Notes: generated by a model from the sequence alone, not told the origin. Numbered from the stretch's first letter, positions 29,951 through 42,687 are shown. The stretch: DNA of 64,000 bases from an uncultured Chthonomonadaceae bacterium (GCA_963817895.1 CAWFQB010000003.1:640001-704000); one strand, 5' to 3'. Numbers and translations are program-made.

Positions 29951-32599
29951 TATCCTCCTTTTGCGGTATTAATTTCGACAGCGCTTCCAGCAAATCCGTC
30001 TGGTTGATGGGTTTGCCCAGAACGGCGTCCGGCATGGCTTCCGGCACATTGTTTTGCAGCACGGACTCGCCCCAGCCGGTCAGCAGCAGCACGGGCAGAT
30101 CAGGATGCGTCGCGCTTGATTTCCGCCATCAATTGCAGGCCGTTCATACCCGGCATACCGTGATCGGTCGTCACCATTTGGAAATCGGCATCGGGCGCGC
30201 GCAGTTTTTCCAGAGCTTCGTAAGCGCTGTTGACCACGCGTAACGCGGTAGCCGTGCCGCCCCAGAATACTGCTCAACACGCCGGCCACAATCGGCTCAT
30301 CGTCCACCACAAGAATCGGCGTTCCCGGCGCATCGGCGGGCATGATGGGCGCGAAGACGGGACAGGGGCTTCCTTGCGCTCCGCCAGACTGACGGGCAGG
30401 CGAATAAAGAAATGCGTCCCTTGGCCCGGTTCGCTCTCCACATGGATCGTGCCGCCATGCCGCTGAATAATGCCCCACGAGACGGCCAAGCCCAAGCCCC
30501 GTGCCCTCCACGCCCCGCGTTGTGAAGAACGGGTCGAAGATACGGCTCATCACTTCCGGCGTCATGCCCATGCCCGTGTCCGCAACCTCGATTTCCACTT
30601 CCTTTCGGAACAGGCGCGCGTGCAAAGCGTCAGACTGCCGCCGTTCGGCATCGCGTTGAGCGCGTTGTGGATCATGTTCATCAGCACTTCGCGCAGCCCG
30701 CTCGGTTCGCCGACGATAGGCGGCAGGTCGGCCAGTTGCGTATCCACCACATACGAGCGTCCCTCTTTTTGCGCCGCATCGCGCCAGCGGGGGCGCGTCA
30801 TCTGCACCACATCCGTGACGACTTCGTTGATGTCGGTATGGTCGCCATGCGTTGGCAATTCCCTGTTTGGCAAAGCGGTTCAGGCGCTGCACAGTCGAGG
30901 AGGCGTCCAGCGCGGCTTTTTTGATGGTCGCCAGATGCTGCGCCAGAGGTTCCGGCTTTCCAGATCATCTTCGGCAAGTTCCGTATATCCCAGCACAGCC
31001 ATCAGGGCGTTGTTGATGTCGTGCGCCACGCCCTGCGCCAGTTCGCCGACCGCGCGCATCTTCTCCATCTGCACCATCTGCGCCTGCGTCGCGCGAACCG
31101 CAGCCAGCGCGTCTTCGGCGTCCCGGCGGGCCGCGTCCGCCTCCTGGCGCGCGGCTACCAGTTCCGTAACCTCGAACATCAGCAGCAATAGCCCGGAAAG
31201 GCCGTTCTCCCCGTGAACCGGAATCAGCGAAACATCGTAGATAACATCCTGACCCGGCGCGCGGGCGAAAACAACGTGGCTGGCATGAAAGGGAGTCCCC
31301 TCCTGCGCCATTTCAAATACGCGCGGCGGCAATCCCGGCATTAGCTGTGTGCCATGCCTGCCTAAAATCGCCTCGACGGATTGGCCGTAACTGGCGGCAA
31401 TGGCAGCATTAGCGGTAACAGCCACGCCATCCGCGCTGAAATACAGGATGCCGACCGGCGCATTGTCGAAAATAGACTGCAATTGCCGACGCTGAACCGT
31501 GATCTGCTCGTACAAATCGGCTTTTACCAGGCTCACCGCCGCCTGATCCGCAATCGCGGCCAGCAGCGCGACCGAGTCGTCAGAAATTTCGCGGGGTTCG
31601 GTGAAATAAACTTCCACTGCGCCGTAGGTATGGTCATTCTGGCGAATGGGGCAGGAGATCAGAGTGGCGGGCAGTTGTCCGTTGGATAACAGGGGCTGAC
31701 AAATGCCCTCCCCGGCGCAATCGGACGTGACAAAGGTTTTGCGGGCGGCGATGGCTTTATCGGCAGCCGTTTCTGCGCGATTCAGGCAGGAAAGCAGAGG
31801 TGTGGCCGCATCCACGCCGACAATTGAATTTCGAGGTGTTGCAGGGCGCGTTCAGGCCGATGCCGCCGCCTACTTGCAGCTCCTGCGTCCCCGGCGTAAA
31901 CAGCAGAACGGCGGCATGGTGCGTTTCAAAGTATTTGGCGGCTTCCTGAACAATGGTGCGCAGTAGATCGGACCGGGTCAGGGAGCGGTTGACGCGCTGC
32001 GCAAGGTTGCCGAGCGCCTCCGCCTCCCGCTTTGCCTGTTGCGACGCGCGGACAGCCGTTGCCAGTTGGCGCTCGTTCATCACCACATCGGAAACGTTGT
32101 GAACTGTCAGCAGCAGGCACGGCGTATCCAGAGCCGGCCCCTGTAGCCGTTGCAGGTTCCATTCCCAGTAGGCGATGTTGCGGGTGGCATGGTGAACAAA
32201 TTGCAGGCGTCCGAAATCACTGCCCGCTTCGCCCCCGGCGTTGCCGGCAACACGCTGCAAAACGGTGTTCCAGACCTCCAGATCAAGGTTGGGAAGATAC
32301 TCGTATGGCTGCCACTGGAGAACATCGCTCATGCCGACGCCCGAAAGCAGCAAACGCCGCAACGCCGTGTTTGTCCAGAGCGTGTGTCCCTCGCGCGCTT
32401 CCAGCACGGCCATGCCGAGCGAAACGCTTTCCAGTATCTGGCCCCATATCGGGCTGCCCGGAGTCACGGGAGACTCTTTTGCAGCCGGGTTCAGTGGCGC
32501 CGGAGAGATTTCTGACGAGGAAACAGCAATAGAAGCCCGGTCGTTGGTAACGGCATCATTTCCATGCCAAACCTTCGGTAAATCAAGCGCATCTGGCAT
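29943..32599 (-). CDS. Hybrid sensor histidine kinase (PAS-GAF-PAS-HisKA-HATPase-REC), frameshifted
   Basis: GVAHDINN H-box, DTGMGM, FDPFFTT, GTGLGL, ILVVDDEP and C-terminal KPI. Confidence 0.9.
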
Positions 32600-32890
32600 C
32601 TTGGCCCTCCCGAAGATGCGCTGCTTACAATCATGATAGCGGCACAGTGCTGTCGGATACATATCAGTTGAGGAAACAAACAGAACGGATAAGGAGTGAT
32701 TTCGTGGCGCATATCGAAGACCATGCGCGTAGCCTGAAACCATTATACGCTATGAAAATAAACTTTGCGATGAATTTCAGCAAAGATTCGCGAAAGTGGG
32801 ATTTTTACCGGTAAATTCGTAAAAGCCCACGTTCTGAATGTTCCGCCGCGCGTCAGAAGACACGCGCCAACAAGTCAGCCAGTCGTGAGA

Positions 32891-32919
32891 TTGACCCCTC
32901 GCCAAAATTCTGCTATACT
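32891..32919 (+). promoter_or_regulatory. Promoter of ftsK
   Basis: TTGACC-N17-TATACT with TG. Confidence 0.65.
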
Positions 32920-32925
32920 TCGGAA

Positions 32926-33027
32926 CGGTGGTTGGTGGTCGGTGGTTGGTGATTGGTAACTATTGCCTGTCAATTTTTGCTGTACAAATGTGACCAACCA
33001 CCAGTCACCAACCACCAACCACCACCG
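32926..33027. repeat. Inverted tandem heptamer hairpin (GGTGGTT/AACCACC) in the ftsK 5' UTR
   Basis: Arms 32926-32957 and 32993-33027. Confidence 0.88.
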
Positions 33028-33040
33028 AGAGGCATCCATC

Positions 33041-35615
33041 ATGGTTAAAATGGCGAGAACGGCATCCCGCAATGCCCCGGAACCAACGAGTTTCGTAACG
33101 CGGCGGGCGCAGGACATTTGCGGGTTGATACTCTTTTTTCTCGGCGCGGGCAGCCTGCTGTGCCTCGCCCTGCCGCAGCAGGCATTTGTGCCTCGGCATG
33201 TGGACGATCTGTTACGACTGCTGGCAGGCACGGGCGCGTATGCGGTTCCCCTGCTGCTGATGTTTGCGGGAACCATGTTTCTCATCGGCTATGAACGCCT
33301 GTCTTTTTCCGAAACGTCCTGCGGAACCGCCCTGCTGTTTCTGGATTTCCTCGCCTTCCGCCATCTGCGCCTGATGCAAAATCTGGAAGCCCTGCATCTT
33401 CCGCCGCGCGACCTGCCGGGGCAAATTCAGGCTCAGATTCCGTTGTACGGCGGATGGGTCGGCTGGATGTTCGGCGCGACGCTGCACAGTCTGCTCGGTT
33501 TCACGCTGAGTTATCTCGCCCTCCTGCTCGCCCTTCTTATCGGCATCGTCCTGATCGTGGACCAGCCCCTTATCGAAATCCTGCGCCGCCTCCACGCCCA
33601 GAGCGCGCCGGGGTTCATGCCGCCGCGCAGATTACGGAATTCAGGCGATCAGGAAAAGGAGAAGAGGAGAGGAGGAGAAGAGGAAGCCAATGGAAGAGCA
33701 ACGGCAATCAGCCAATCACCAGTCACCAATCACCAGTCGTCGAGGATGCGGGCGGTTCGGGCGGCGCGAGTGGCGGAACGCGCCCTGACTCCGGGCGGGC
33801 GTTCGGTTCCGCCTGCTGACGCAATTACGCCCGCCGTGAAAACGCTCCCGCTGAAGACGAGCATCCGGCAACAGACTCCAAATCGCCCAACCTGTTCAAC
33901 CTGACACGCTTATGGCGCGGAGAAAAGGCGGAAGAGGAGAGAAATGCGGGAGACAGGTGAGAAGGGAAGCCGGGAGAAGAGGCATTCCATCGTTGCACCC
34001 GCAACTGAAGCCGCAAAGCCTCCGGGTGCCAACAGACGCAAAGGCAACCTGCGGCGCCGAAACCGTTGCCGCAAACGAGAGCAAAGAGGAGGAGGATGGA
34101 GTTGTCTTCCCTCTCACCCCTCATCGCTGCCACCTTCGCCGAGTTCGTTCTGCCGCCCCTGACCCTGCTGGCGCAGGCTCCGCCCGCCGGCACAAAACGG
34201 GCGCAGGCCGAACTGACGGATAACGTCAGCACGATTGAGCGGACGCTGGAGCAGTTCAATATCGGCGCGAACGTCGTGGAAGTGGCGAGCGGGCCGAGCG
34301 TGACGCGGTACGAAATTCAGCTTGCTCCGGGCATCAAGGTCAGTAAAATTGTCAGCCTTGCCGACAATCTCGCCATGAGCCTTGCCGCGATTGACGTGCG
34401 CGTGGAAGCGCCGATTCCCGGCAAAGTCGGCTATAGGCGTGGAAGTGCCCAACGCCGCGCCGGTCATGGTGACGCTGCGCGAATGTCTGGAAACCGACGA
34501 GTTCAAAAACGCGACCAGCAAACTGACCGTTGCGCTGGGCAAGGACGTCAGCGGACAATACAAATACGCCGACCTGACCAAAATGCCGCACCTGCTCATT
34601 GGCGGCTCGACCAATTCCGGCAAATCCGTCTGCCTGAACGTGCTGATCGCCAGCCTGGTGTATCGCAACACGCCCCGCGACGTGCGGATGCTGATGATTG
34701 ATCCCAAGCGCGTGGAACTCAGCCTGTGGGACGGCATCCCGCATCTGATGCACCCGGTTGTCAAAGACGTGAAGCAGGCGGCAGGGATTTTCCGGGCGGC
34801 CCTGCGCGAAATGGATCGGCGCTACGATATGTTCGCCACACTGGGAACCCGCAACATTGACGGCTACAACCAGCACGTGCCGGAAAGCGAACGACTGCCG
34901 TACCTCGTTCTGATCGTGGACGAACTGGCCGACCTGATGATGCAGCAAGGCCCGGAAGTGGAAACCAGCATTTGCCGCCTCGCGCAGCTCGCCCGCGCAA
35001 CCGGCATTCATCTCGTCATCGCCACGCAGCGCCCTTCGGTAGACATCATCACGGGAACCATCAAGGCCAACATTTCCAGTCGCATCGCGTTTGCCGTCGC
35101 CTCGCAGGTGGACAGCCGCACGATTCTGGACATGACGGGCGCGGACAGGCTGATCGGGCGGGGCGACATGCTGTTCATGCCGATTGACGCCGCCAAGCCC
35201 GTCCGCATTCAGGGCTGCTATCTGAGCGAAACGAAACCAATGCCATCGTGGATTATCTGAAGGAGCAGGAAAAACCCGTCTTCACGTTCACCGTCGCGGA
35301 AAGCAGTCCGAGCGGCGCGCCAACGCCTGCAGCGGCAACACCGAAGACGAGGGCGACGACGACCAGTTCTTCGAGCAGGCGGTGCGGCTCGTCGTCAACA
35401 ATGGGCAGGCGTCCACATCCATGCTGCAGCGTCGGTTCCGCATCGGCTACACGCGGGCGGCGCGGATCGTGGAAATGATGGAAGAAAAAGGCATTGTCGG
35501 CGCGCTCAACGGAGCCAAGCCCCGCGAAATCCTCGTCAGCAAAGACGAAGTGGAGCAGATGTTCAGTCCCGGCAGCAGCCTCCCGAGCGTAGACAACTAC
35601 AAGGATGAGGAATAA
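33041..35615 (+). CDS. ftsK: DNA translocase FtsK/SpoIIIE (frameshifted)
   Basis: N-terminal TM domain; [30 protein letters not shown]; gamma domain [21 protein letters not shown]. Confidence 0.95.
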
Positions 35616-35634
35616 ACTCAAGAAAGAGTGGAGA

Positions 35635-36069
35635 ATGATGACGCAAATACAGGTGATCGAAATCGCTTCTGCCGGTGAAACACGCGGCAATGGTCGAGAT
35701 GGGTACGCTGAAAAGGTACAAGATTTGCGTGATAGCGTTTCCGCTTCGGCTAGAGCGGAGGGCAGAAGCAACGACGCGCCGATTGCGCAACTTCAGGCTG
35801 AAGCAAATGCGCAATTTGAGCAAGTCAAGGCTCAGTTGTCCAACCTCAGCGTCGAGGAGTTGAAGGCAAGTGCGCAAACGGAATTGGCTTCCAGCGATAT
35901 TACGCGGATGTCGGAACTGCTCATCGGTCAAGAAGAGCGTGAGTTGGCCGAACACGAAGGAGCTGAACTCAACACGCTGCATGAAAAGATGCTGACGATG
36001 GCGGCAACGCGAACCGCCGCGTTATGGCTGCTGAAAAACCGGATGGAGCAGGGCAGAAGCGTTGAATAA
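35635..36069 (+). CDS. Hypothetical helical protein, possible antitoxin-like partner of the HNH gene
   Basis: Overlaps the HNH start; acidic helical RMSELLIGQEERELAEHEGAEL segment. Confidence 0.55.
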   Translation: MMTQIQVIEIASAGETRGNGRDGYAEKVQDLRDSVSASARAEGRSNDAPIAQLQAEANAQFEQVKAQLSNLSVEELKASAQTELASSDITRMSELLIGQEERELAEHEGAELNTLHEKMLTMAATRTAALWLLKNRMEQGRSVE

Positions 36070-36508
36070 AGCCTACATCCCGGCAGAGTTACGGCGCATT
36101 GTTGTTGACGATTTCAACTCTCGTTGCGCTTACTGCCATAGCACAGAACTTCTGCTTGACGGGGCGTTTGTTATGGATCATATTTTGCCCGAAGTTTCCG
36201 GCGGTTCCACAACACGCGACAATTTATGTTACGCCTGCATCCTTTGCAATGGACACAAAGCGGCGCGGCGTGAGGTGATTGATCCCTTAACAAAACGGCG
36301 CGTACAATTATTCCATCCAAGACGGCATAACTGGAAACGGCATTTTGAGTGGTCTACAGACGGCTTGCAGATTGTGGGTAGAACGCAATGTGGCCGCGCA
36401 ACAGTGGCTGCGCTGCAACTGAACAATGACTCACTGGTGCGAATGCGTGGATTTTGGTTGCGTCTCAGGGCAAATCCCCCTGAGTGGGAACTGATAACTG
36501 AAGGATAG
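36062..36508 (+). CDS. HNH endonuclease
   Basis: CAYC, DHILP, NLCYACILCNGHK and LFHPRRHNWKRHFEW. Confidence 0.88.
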   Translation: MNKAYIPAELRRIVVDDFNSRCAYCHSTELLLDGAFVMDHILPEVSGGSTTRDNLCYACILCNGHKAARREVIDPLTKRRVQLFHPRRHNWKRHFEWSTDGLQIVGRTQCGRATVAALQLNNDSLVRMRGFWLRLRANPPEWELITEG

Positions 36509-36517
36509 GGAATTGCC

Positions 36518-37421
36518 ATGACGCTTGAAAACTGGGAGCGTAATCCACGCGATGTTTCCTTGCAGTTCTTGAAGCAGTTGAACAGCAGCGAAGGCAACGT
36601 GATGGAAGCGGCAATCCGTGAATTGCGGGATGCGCCGCCCAAAGTGCTGATGCGCCTGCTGGATGAGGAAATGACGCTGGACGCGCAAGCGCAAGTTTGG
36701 ATATTCCTGTATGCGCTTGGCATTATCGGCTGTGTCCTGATAGGACTTCTCGCGTCTGTGTTCTGGCTGGATTGGCTGCGTAGGGGCAACGGTATGTTGC
36801 CCGTTGTGACATTTTATTCCGTTATGATGTGCATCATAAAAGGGTGGGCCGCAGGCGCGTCAAGACACAATAAGGCTCGTCCTCAACAGGCGCATGAACA
36901 GTTGATTGCCGCGATACGCGCCACTTGCGACCCCGCTCTGGTACGGCTGATACTGGAAGGGAATAATTATCCGATCCAATCGGAGGACGGAGCCATGACG
37001 CACAGCGAACCGTTCCCGAGTTCACTGCATCGCGCTGGAAAATCTGCTGCCGGTTCTCAGTGAAGCGGAAAAACAGGACATTGCGCAGCGGTACGGACGC
37101 ATCTGGACGTGTCTGTTGCGGGAGTCGCAGGTTTCGGATGGATTGAAAATCATTATTCTGGGACTGGTGGAGGCGTGGGGAACTTCGGAGTGTACCGGCG
37201 CGGTGAAGAGCCTGCTTCACGCCAACCCGGAACTGGAATTGACCTTCGCCGCGCAGCGTTGTCTGGCAGCGTTGCAGAAGCGCGAAGCCGAAGCGAAACA
37301 ATCCGCCACGCTGCTCCGCGCCTCCCATGCGAACGCGCCTGCCCCGGAAATCCTGCTGCGGCCCGCCATCCAAACAGCAGACGCGGAACCGGAAACTCTG
37401 TTACGCGCCACAAAATCATAA
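36518..37421 (+). CDS. Membrane/HEAT-like hypothetical protein with triple LLR tail (frameshifted)
   Basis: Two TM segments; C-terminal TLLRAS..ILLRPA..TLLRAT in ORF 37116. Confidence 0.6.
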
Positions 37422-37455
37422 ATCCTGCGAAATGCTGTAAACGGATGCGGCAATT

Positions 37456-38286
37456 ATGGACGTGGAAGAGGCTGAACTTGATAAGATAATGGCCCGCCTG
37501 ACTCATTCCTGTGAGCAGACGCGGCAAACTGCGCGTCAAGAGATACAAACCTGGACGTTTGAAACCGTGCTTGAACTGCTGGCGCGGCACTGGCCGCAGG
37601 GTTACGATTTGCCCCGCCCTGAACCCGCTACACGTTGGGAGCGTTTGCGGCGCAGATGGTCGCCTGCCGAAGAACCCCCAATGTTATCGGCCATTCTGGA
37701 TTTGATTGTGATTTTTCATGCGCAGGTTGCGACGGACGCGCGTATGGCCGGTCTGGTATTATCCGTCATGGCGCGGATGCAGGAGCGGGAACGGCAGTTG
37801 AGCGCGGGTTCCAGCAATCATTGGCCCTCTTCCGCAATGAACGCGCGTGTCTATATGGTGCTGGACGCGCCCATACGTTCGCCTGCCCATACCGCCAAAA
37901 ATCTACTGCATACGGCATTGAGGCGACTTGCGCCTCTTGTCACCCCGGAAAAATGCGAACTCTCTCCGTCACAATGCGACGCGCTGCTGATTCCCTTGCA
38001 GCGCCCTTACCGGAGTGTTGACCTGACCTTGAACATTCTTGTCCTACTGTCGTGGCTGGGCGAGCAGCGGCATATTCCCACGATTGAACACACGGCGCAG
38101 AGCGCCATCGGCACGGATAACGGACGGCGTGTTCGCGCTGCCGCCAATGCCTGTCTGGAACAGATACGCGCTCGTCAGAACAAAACGCGGCAATGCCAAA
38201 CCTTGCTGCGCCCTGTATCTGTTGATTCTGCTGACACTGCCGATGAACTGCTGCGCCCGACTGCAAGCGAGGATGCAAAGTGGTAG
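37456..38286 (+). CDS. Helical hypothetical protein with double LLRP tail
   Basis: VRAAANACLEQI followed by TLLRPV..ELLRPT. Confidence 0.65.
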   Translation: MDVEEAELDKIMARLTHSCEQTRQTARQEIQTWTFETVLELLARHWPQGYDLPRPEPATRWERLRRRWSPAEEPPMLSAILDLIVIFHAQVATDARMAGLVLSVMARMQERERQLSAGSSNHWPSSAMNARVYMVLDAPIRSPAHTAKNLLHTALRRLAPLVTPEKCELSPSQCDALLIPLQRPYRSVDLTLNILVLLSWLGEQRHIPTIEHTAQSAIGTDNGRRVRAAANACLEQIRARQNKTRQCQTLLRPVSVDSADTADELLRPTASEDAKW

Positions 38287-38368
38287 TTTCTACCCTCATC
38301 CGTCCCGGCAGGAATTCCGCCTGTCACTGGAGAGATTGGCCGTACTACACCCGCCGGAGATTGCCCCG

Positions 38369-39291
38369 ATGTCCACGCTCGAAGCGCTTGTCGGCACACA
38401 ATTTGTTACCCGCTTCCTTTTGTCGCAACACCTACATGAATTCGTCGAGACGTTTCTACCGGATGTAGCCGCCTATATAGACCCGACATTCGTTGAGTTC
38501 ATTGACAAAGAGGTATTTACGGACGTAACCGCCGGTGAAAAACACGAGGTTGATTTTCTGGCGAAGGTTAAGTTCAAGGGGCAGGATGTCTTTTTCTTTG
38601 TACTTGTAGAAAATCAGTCAACGGCAAGGCCGGGCTTCCCGAAACGCATGTTTGTTTATTTTGCCCGTCTGCTGGAAAAGTACGACCTGCCCATCTATCC
38701 CATCGTCATTTTCTCTTATGACGCGCCGAAAATCGCTGCTCCGACACGCTATGAGGTGTCCTTCCCTGGCAGGAGGGTGTTACGATTCGATTATAAGGTC
38801 ATTCAGCTAAATCGCATTCCATGGCGTCAGTTTCTGAAGAAACCCAATCCGGCAACAACGGCCTTGATGACGAAAATGAAAATGTCGGCAGCCGACCGGC
38901 CAAAGGTAAGATTAGAGTGTCTGCGCCTGCTAACAACCCTGAAACTAGACCCGGCTAAATCTAAACTTATCGGCGGTTTTATTGAAGGCTACCTGAAACT
39001 GACCGCAGCGGAAATGAAAAAGTACGAGCGCGAATTTGCCGCCCTCGCGCCCGAAGAAAAGGAGGCTACAATGGTAATGGTTACGAGTTGGGAACGCACC
39101 GGAATGCTAAGGGAAAACAGGAACTTGTCAGTCGTCAAGTGCGACGGCGGTTTGGTTCTGTTTCATCCCAAACTACCGAACGTCTTGATCAACTGTCGGC
39201 AGAGCAACTTGATCAACTTGGCGAAGCGTTGTTTGATTTCGCTTCGGTAACTGATTTGGAAGCGTGGCTTGCCAACACGGTTTCTCAGTGA
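38369..39291 (+). CDS. Rpn-family (PD-(D/E)XK) putative transposase/nuclease with DUF4351 C-terminus (frameshifted)
   Basis: DKEVFTDV, VDFLAKVK, VENQS, FPKRMFVYF, PIYPIVIFSYD and QLGEALFDF. Confidence 0.8.
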
Positions 39292-39382
39292 CTCGTTCAA
39301 CAAAAAAGCGCTTGATGCAATAAACAAGTGGGCGGCACATTAGATGTACCGCCCGCTTTATATTGTCGCTACGCCTGCGCAT

Positions 39383-40806
39383 TTAGCGATTTTTGGCGTA
39401 GCCCATGTTGTTGGCGGTGTTGGGGAACCAGTAGGTGACTTCGGGTACGCCCAATTTCAGTTTGTCTACCAGTTCCACGCCCTGCATCAGGCTGTGATCC
39501 TGATTGCTCACTTCGTATTTCCAGCCGCCGAAACGCCCCCGCGAGTAGATACCGAGTTTTTCCAGTTGCGGCTGTATGGCGTTGAGCGCGTGGTCGCGGC
39601 CCAACGCGGGCGTCGGGTAGCCGTAGTGGGCGCGGTAACTCCATGTGGAAAGCACATCGTGGCTTTTGTCAATCAGTTTCGTATTGTACATGCCCTCAAT
39701 CGTGTTTTCCACCACGCAATCCACGTTCACGGGCTTGGCAGGCGACTCGCTGATTTCCGCCATCAGACTCCATTGCGTGTTGATGTCCGGCACGTTGTTT
39801 GGGCTGTAGTTGCTGAATACGGTCACGCGGTAGAACGGGCAGTCGTCTTCCGGGAAAGTACATCCAGCATTTCTTTTTCAAATCCTCGGACGGCTTGCCG
39901 CTCAAGCCGATGCCGATGATGTTGCTGCTGCTGTACTTCAAATGTGAGGCCGGTTCTTTCAGATGGTTCAGGCCCGCCATGTCTACCAGCCGGTCAATCG
40001 GAAGCGTGGAGATCAGAGCGTCGTATTCCACTGCCTTGCCGTCCGCGAAAAACACTTTTTTGGCGGACGGGTCAATCCCTGTCACCGTCGCGTTAAGCGT
40101 GATGTTTTCGCGCCCTACCAGATCCGCGACGTTTTCCCAGATCGCGCCCGTGCCGCCGTGTTTGGGAAAGTGGAACGTGTTGTTCGGCCCCCACGAAAGG
40201 TCGTCCTTCTCGTGCAGCACGTTGTACAAGCACTTTTTCCAGATCGGTTACGGCAACCCGCTCGCCGATCCAGTTGAAGTCCATCTCCTCGCCGGGAAAC
40301 GCCCATACCTTGAAGTTGTACGGGATCATAAACACTTCGCCCAATCCCGGCCCGAAAGTGGCGTCTATCCACTCACGGAAGTTTTGCGGCTTGCCCTGAA
40401 ACGGCTGCTTGTAAAGCTGAATCAGCCCTTGAAGGCATTTCCAGCGCGTTTCCGGTTCCAGATGGCGAATGTTGTTCTGGAACGGGTAGGGCACGAAGCG
40501 GTTTTCAATCCACACCCACGACTCGCGCTCATGGTTGAGCCAGCCGGGGCCTTTGGGCGGCTTGACAGCGGCTTCCATCAGGTTATCGAAATAGCGGTAG
40601 TGCGAAAACTGAACGTGTCCGCCGATGTCCCACACAAAGCCCTGCGCGTCCGTATAGGAGGTGGCAAGGCCGCCTACCTGCGAGTCGCGGTCGTAAATGT
40701 GAAAGTTGTCGTGGCCGAGTTCTTTCAGGCGGTACGCGGCCCCCAGTCCGGTTGGCCCGCTGCCCAAAATCACCACGCGCTGGTCGGGTTGAAGCTGTCC
40801 CAACAT
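39383..40806 (-). CDS. FAD-dependent UDP-galactopyranose mutase of the eukaryote (fungal/trypanosomatid)-type family (frameshifted)
   Basis: GSGPTGLGAA, WDIGGHVQFSHY, PYNFKVW, WIGERVA, WGPNNTFHFP and RGRFGGWKYEVSNQDHSLMQG. Confidence 0.75.
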
Positions 40807-40809
40807 GGT

Positions 40810-42187
40810 CTATTCTCCTCCCCGCGTCGCCGACTTTGCCGCGCCGCTATAGGAAGAGGCGGCGGAAGTTTCGAAGCCGCCGAGATGGAGGCTGACGATG
40901 AGGCCGAAACCGAAGCCGCCGGGGACGATGGCGCGGAAGCTTTCGATGCGGCAGCCGTGACGCTCGGACATGCCGGACGGCGCGGATGGAGCGCTGACGG
41001 TGGACGCGGGCGCGCGGCGAGCCGTGACCTGCGGCTTGCCGTTCGCGGTTTTCGCCCACTCCTTCTGCATCAGGGTTTCCATGCTGTCGGCAATGGCGTC
41101 CCACGCCTGTTCCGCCAGAATTTTCTCCTCGCGCTTGTGTTTTCGCGCCCGGTCTTCCGGGGCTTCGTTGAGCGCGGCGTCAATCTGCGCAATGAACTGT
41201 TCGCGGCGTTTCGGCAAGGTACACAATATCGCTGTAAAAGCGAACCACATCCACAATCGGCGTGGAAATAATCGGGCGATGGGTCGCCATATATTCCAGC
41301 GTTTTGGTCGGGCTGATGAATTTGGTCGCCTCGTTCATGGCGAACGGCATCAGGCAAATGTCGGTTCCCTTCAAAATGCGCGGCAGGTCGGCGTACTGCT
41401 GCTGGCCGGGATAGTGCAGGTTGGCGGCTTTGGGCAGATTGATTCGGGTCCACTTTGGCGAACGGGCCGCATATCAGGAACTGCACGTCGGGGCGGGACG
41501 CGGCCATTTGCGCAATCAATTCGTAATCCAGCCGCTCGTCAATCACGCCGATATAGGTGGCGCGGGGGCCTGCGGGAATGTCCTGCATCCAGTCGGGCGT
41601 GGTCGTATCGGGATGGCAGGCGGTGGCGTAGTGCTTGCCGTCCACGCCGCTGGCGAACAGGTGCGTGTTGGGATTGAGGTGCTTTTTGGACTCGTACATG
41701 GAAGCGCCGCCCGTAAATACGACAGCGGACTGGCCGAGCAGCCGCTTCTCATTGGCTTTCAATTGCGGCGGGCGCATAAGCGAAATTCGCAAGTTCGTCC
41801 ATCACGTCGTACACCAGCATATCGGGCGACACGGCTTCCACCATGAAGTCGGGCGTGGGCGTGTACAGCCACAGGGCGCGGGTATGGAATTCCAGTTGGC
41901 GCATCGCGTCGCGCACCTGGCGCGTGATCTCATGGCGGCACGGCCACAGCCACAGGGGAGTATCGCCGCAATCTTCGGCGCGCACCTGGGGAACCAGAAC
42001 GGTGATACCGGGCATCACTTCGTTGATTTGGGCGGAAAGGGTGGGCGCGTCATCAGAAGCATAGACCGGCTCTTCCACAAACAGATATACGGTGGCTGTT
42101 GGCAAGCCGCGAAAGCAACTGCTGCGGGCGCTGCCACACGAAACTCCAGCGGAGGTGGGAGGCGACTACAAGGTCGAAGTTTTTCAT
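40810..42187 (-). CDS. Glycosyltransferase (GT4-like, family usually paired with glf), frameshifted
   Basis: SHLRWSFVWQRPQQLLSRLA, VYDVMDEL, GVIDERLD and MPFAMNEATKFISPTKTLEYMA. Confidence 0.85.
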
Positions 42188-42687
42188 TGGTCTAATCTCC
42201 TGAAGTGAGAACAAGGCGTGTCTGTGATACGGCCTGCCGACATGCCGATCGCGCCGAGACAACAGCGCAGCCGACTGTCTGGCGGAAACAGGCAGGGCAT
42301 AGGGCAGACCATGACAATCGGCCTTGATGGTTAGAAAGCCTGACTGAAATGTAACATCTTGAAGCACAGACGCCAATGTTTCTCCAACGCGGTTGAAGAA
42401 ACATTGTGAGCGGGCCTGTGTCAAGACCAGTCAGTATAGAGCAGCGAACATGAGCCAATTCAGAACATGTCAACTCGTGGCGTGGTACACCGGGGCGGTG
42501 TGTTCAAGAGGAACGGACTTCGTAGGGGCGAAATCCGCGTCTCGAAAGAGGGTTTATAGCTCATTACAACCTGATGAGGCAGTCTCCGCATTTGTTAAAA
42601 GACGAACGAGCGAGGGTTGAAGTTCCCGAATTATACCTATATCGTTAGATATAAGTTAATACTTGTCTATGCAAATACGAGAGGAGG

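Noticed and set aside
39895..41271. Long antisense ORFs (also 13531..14511, 55745..56839, 62453..63640)
   Set aside because: These are shadow frames of GC-rich genes on the opposite strand with no recognisable motifs.
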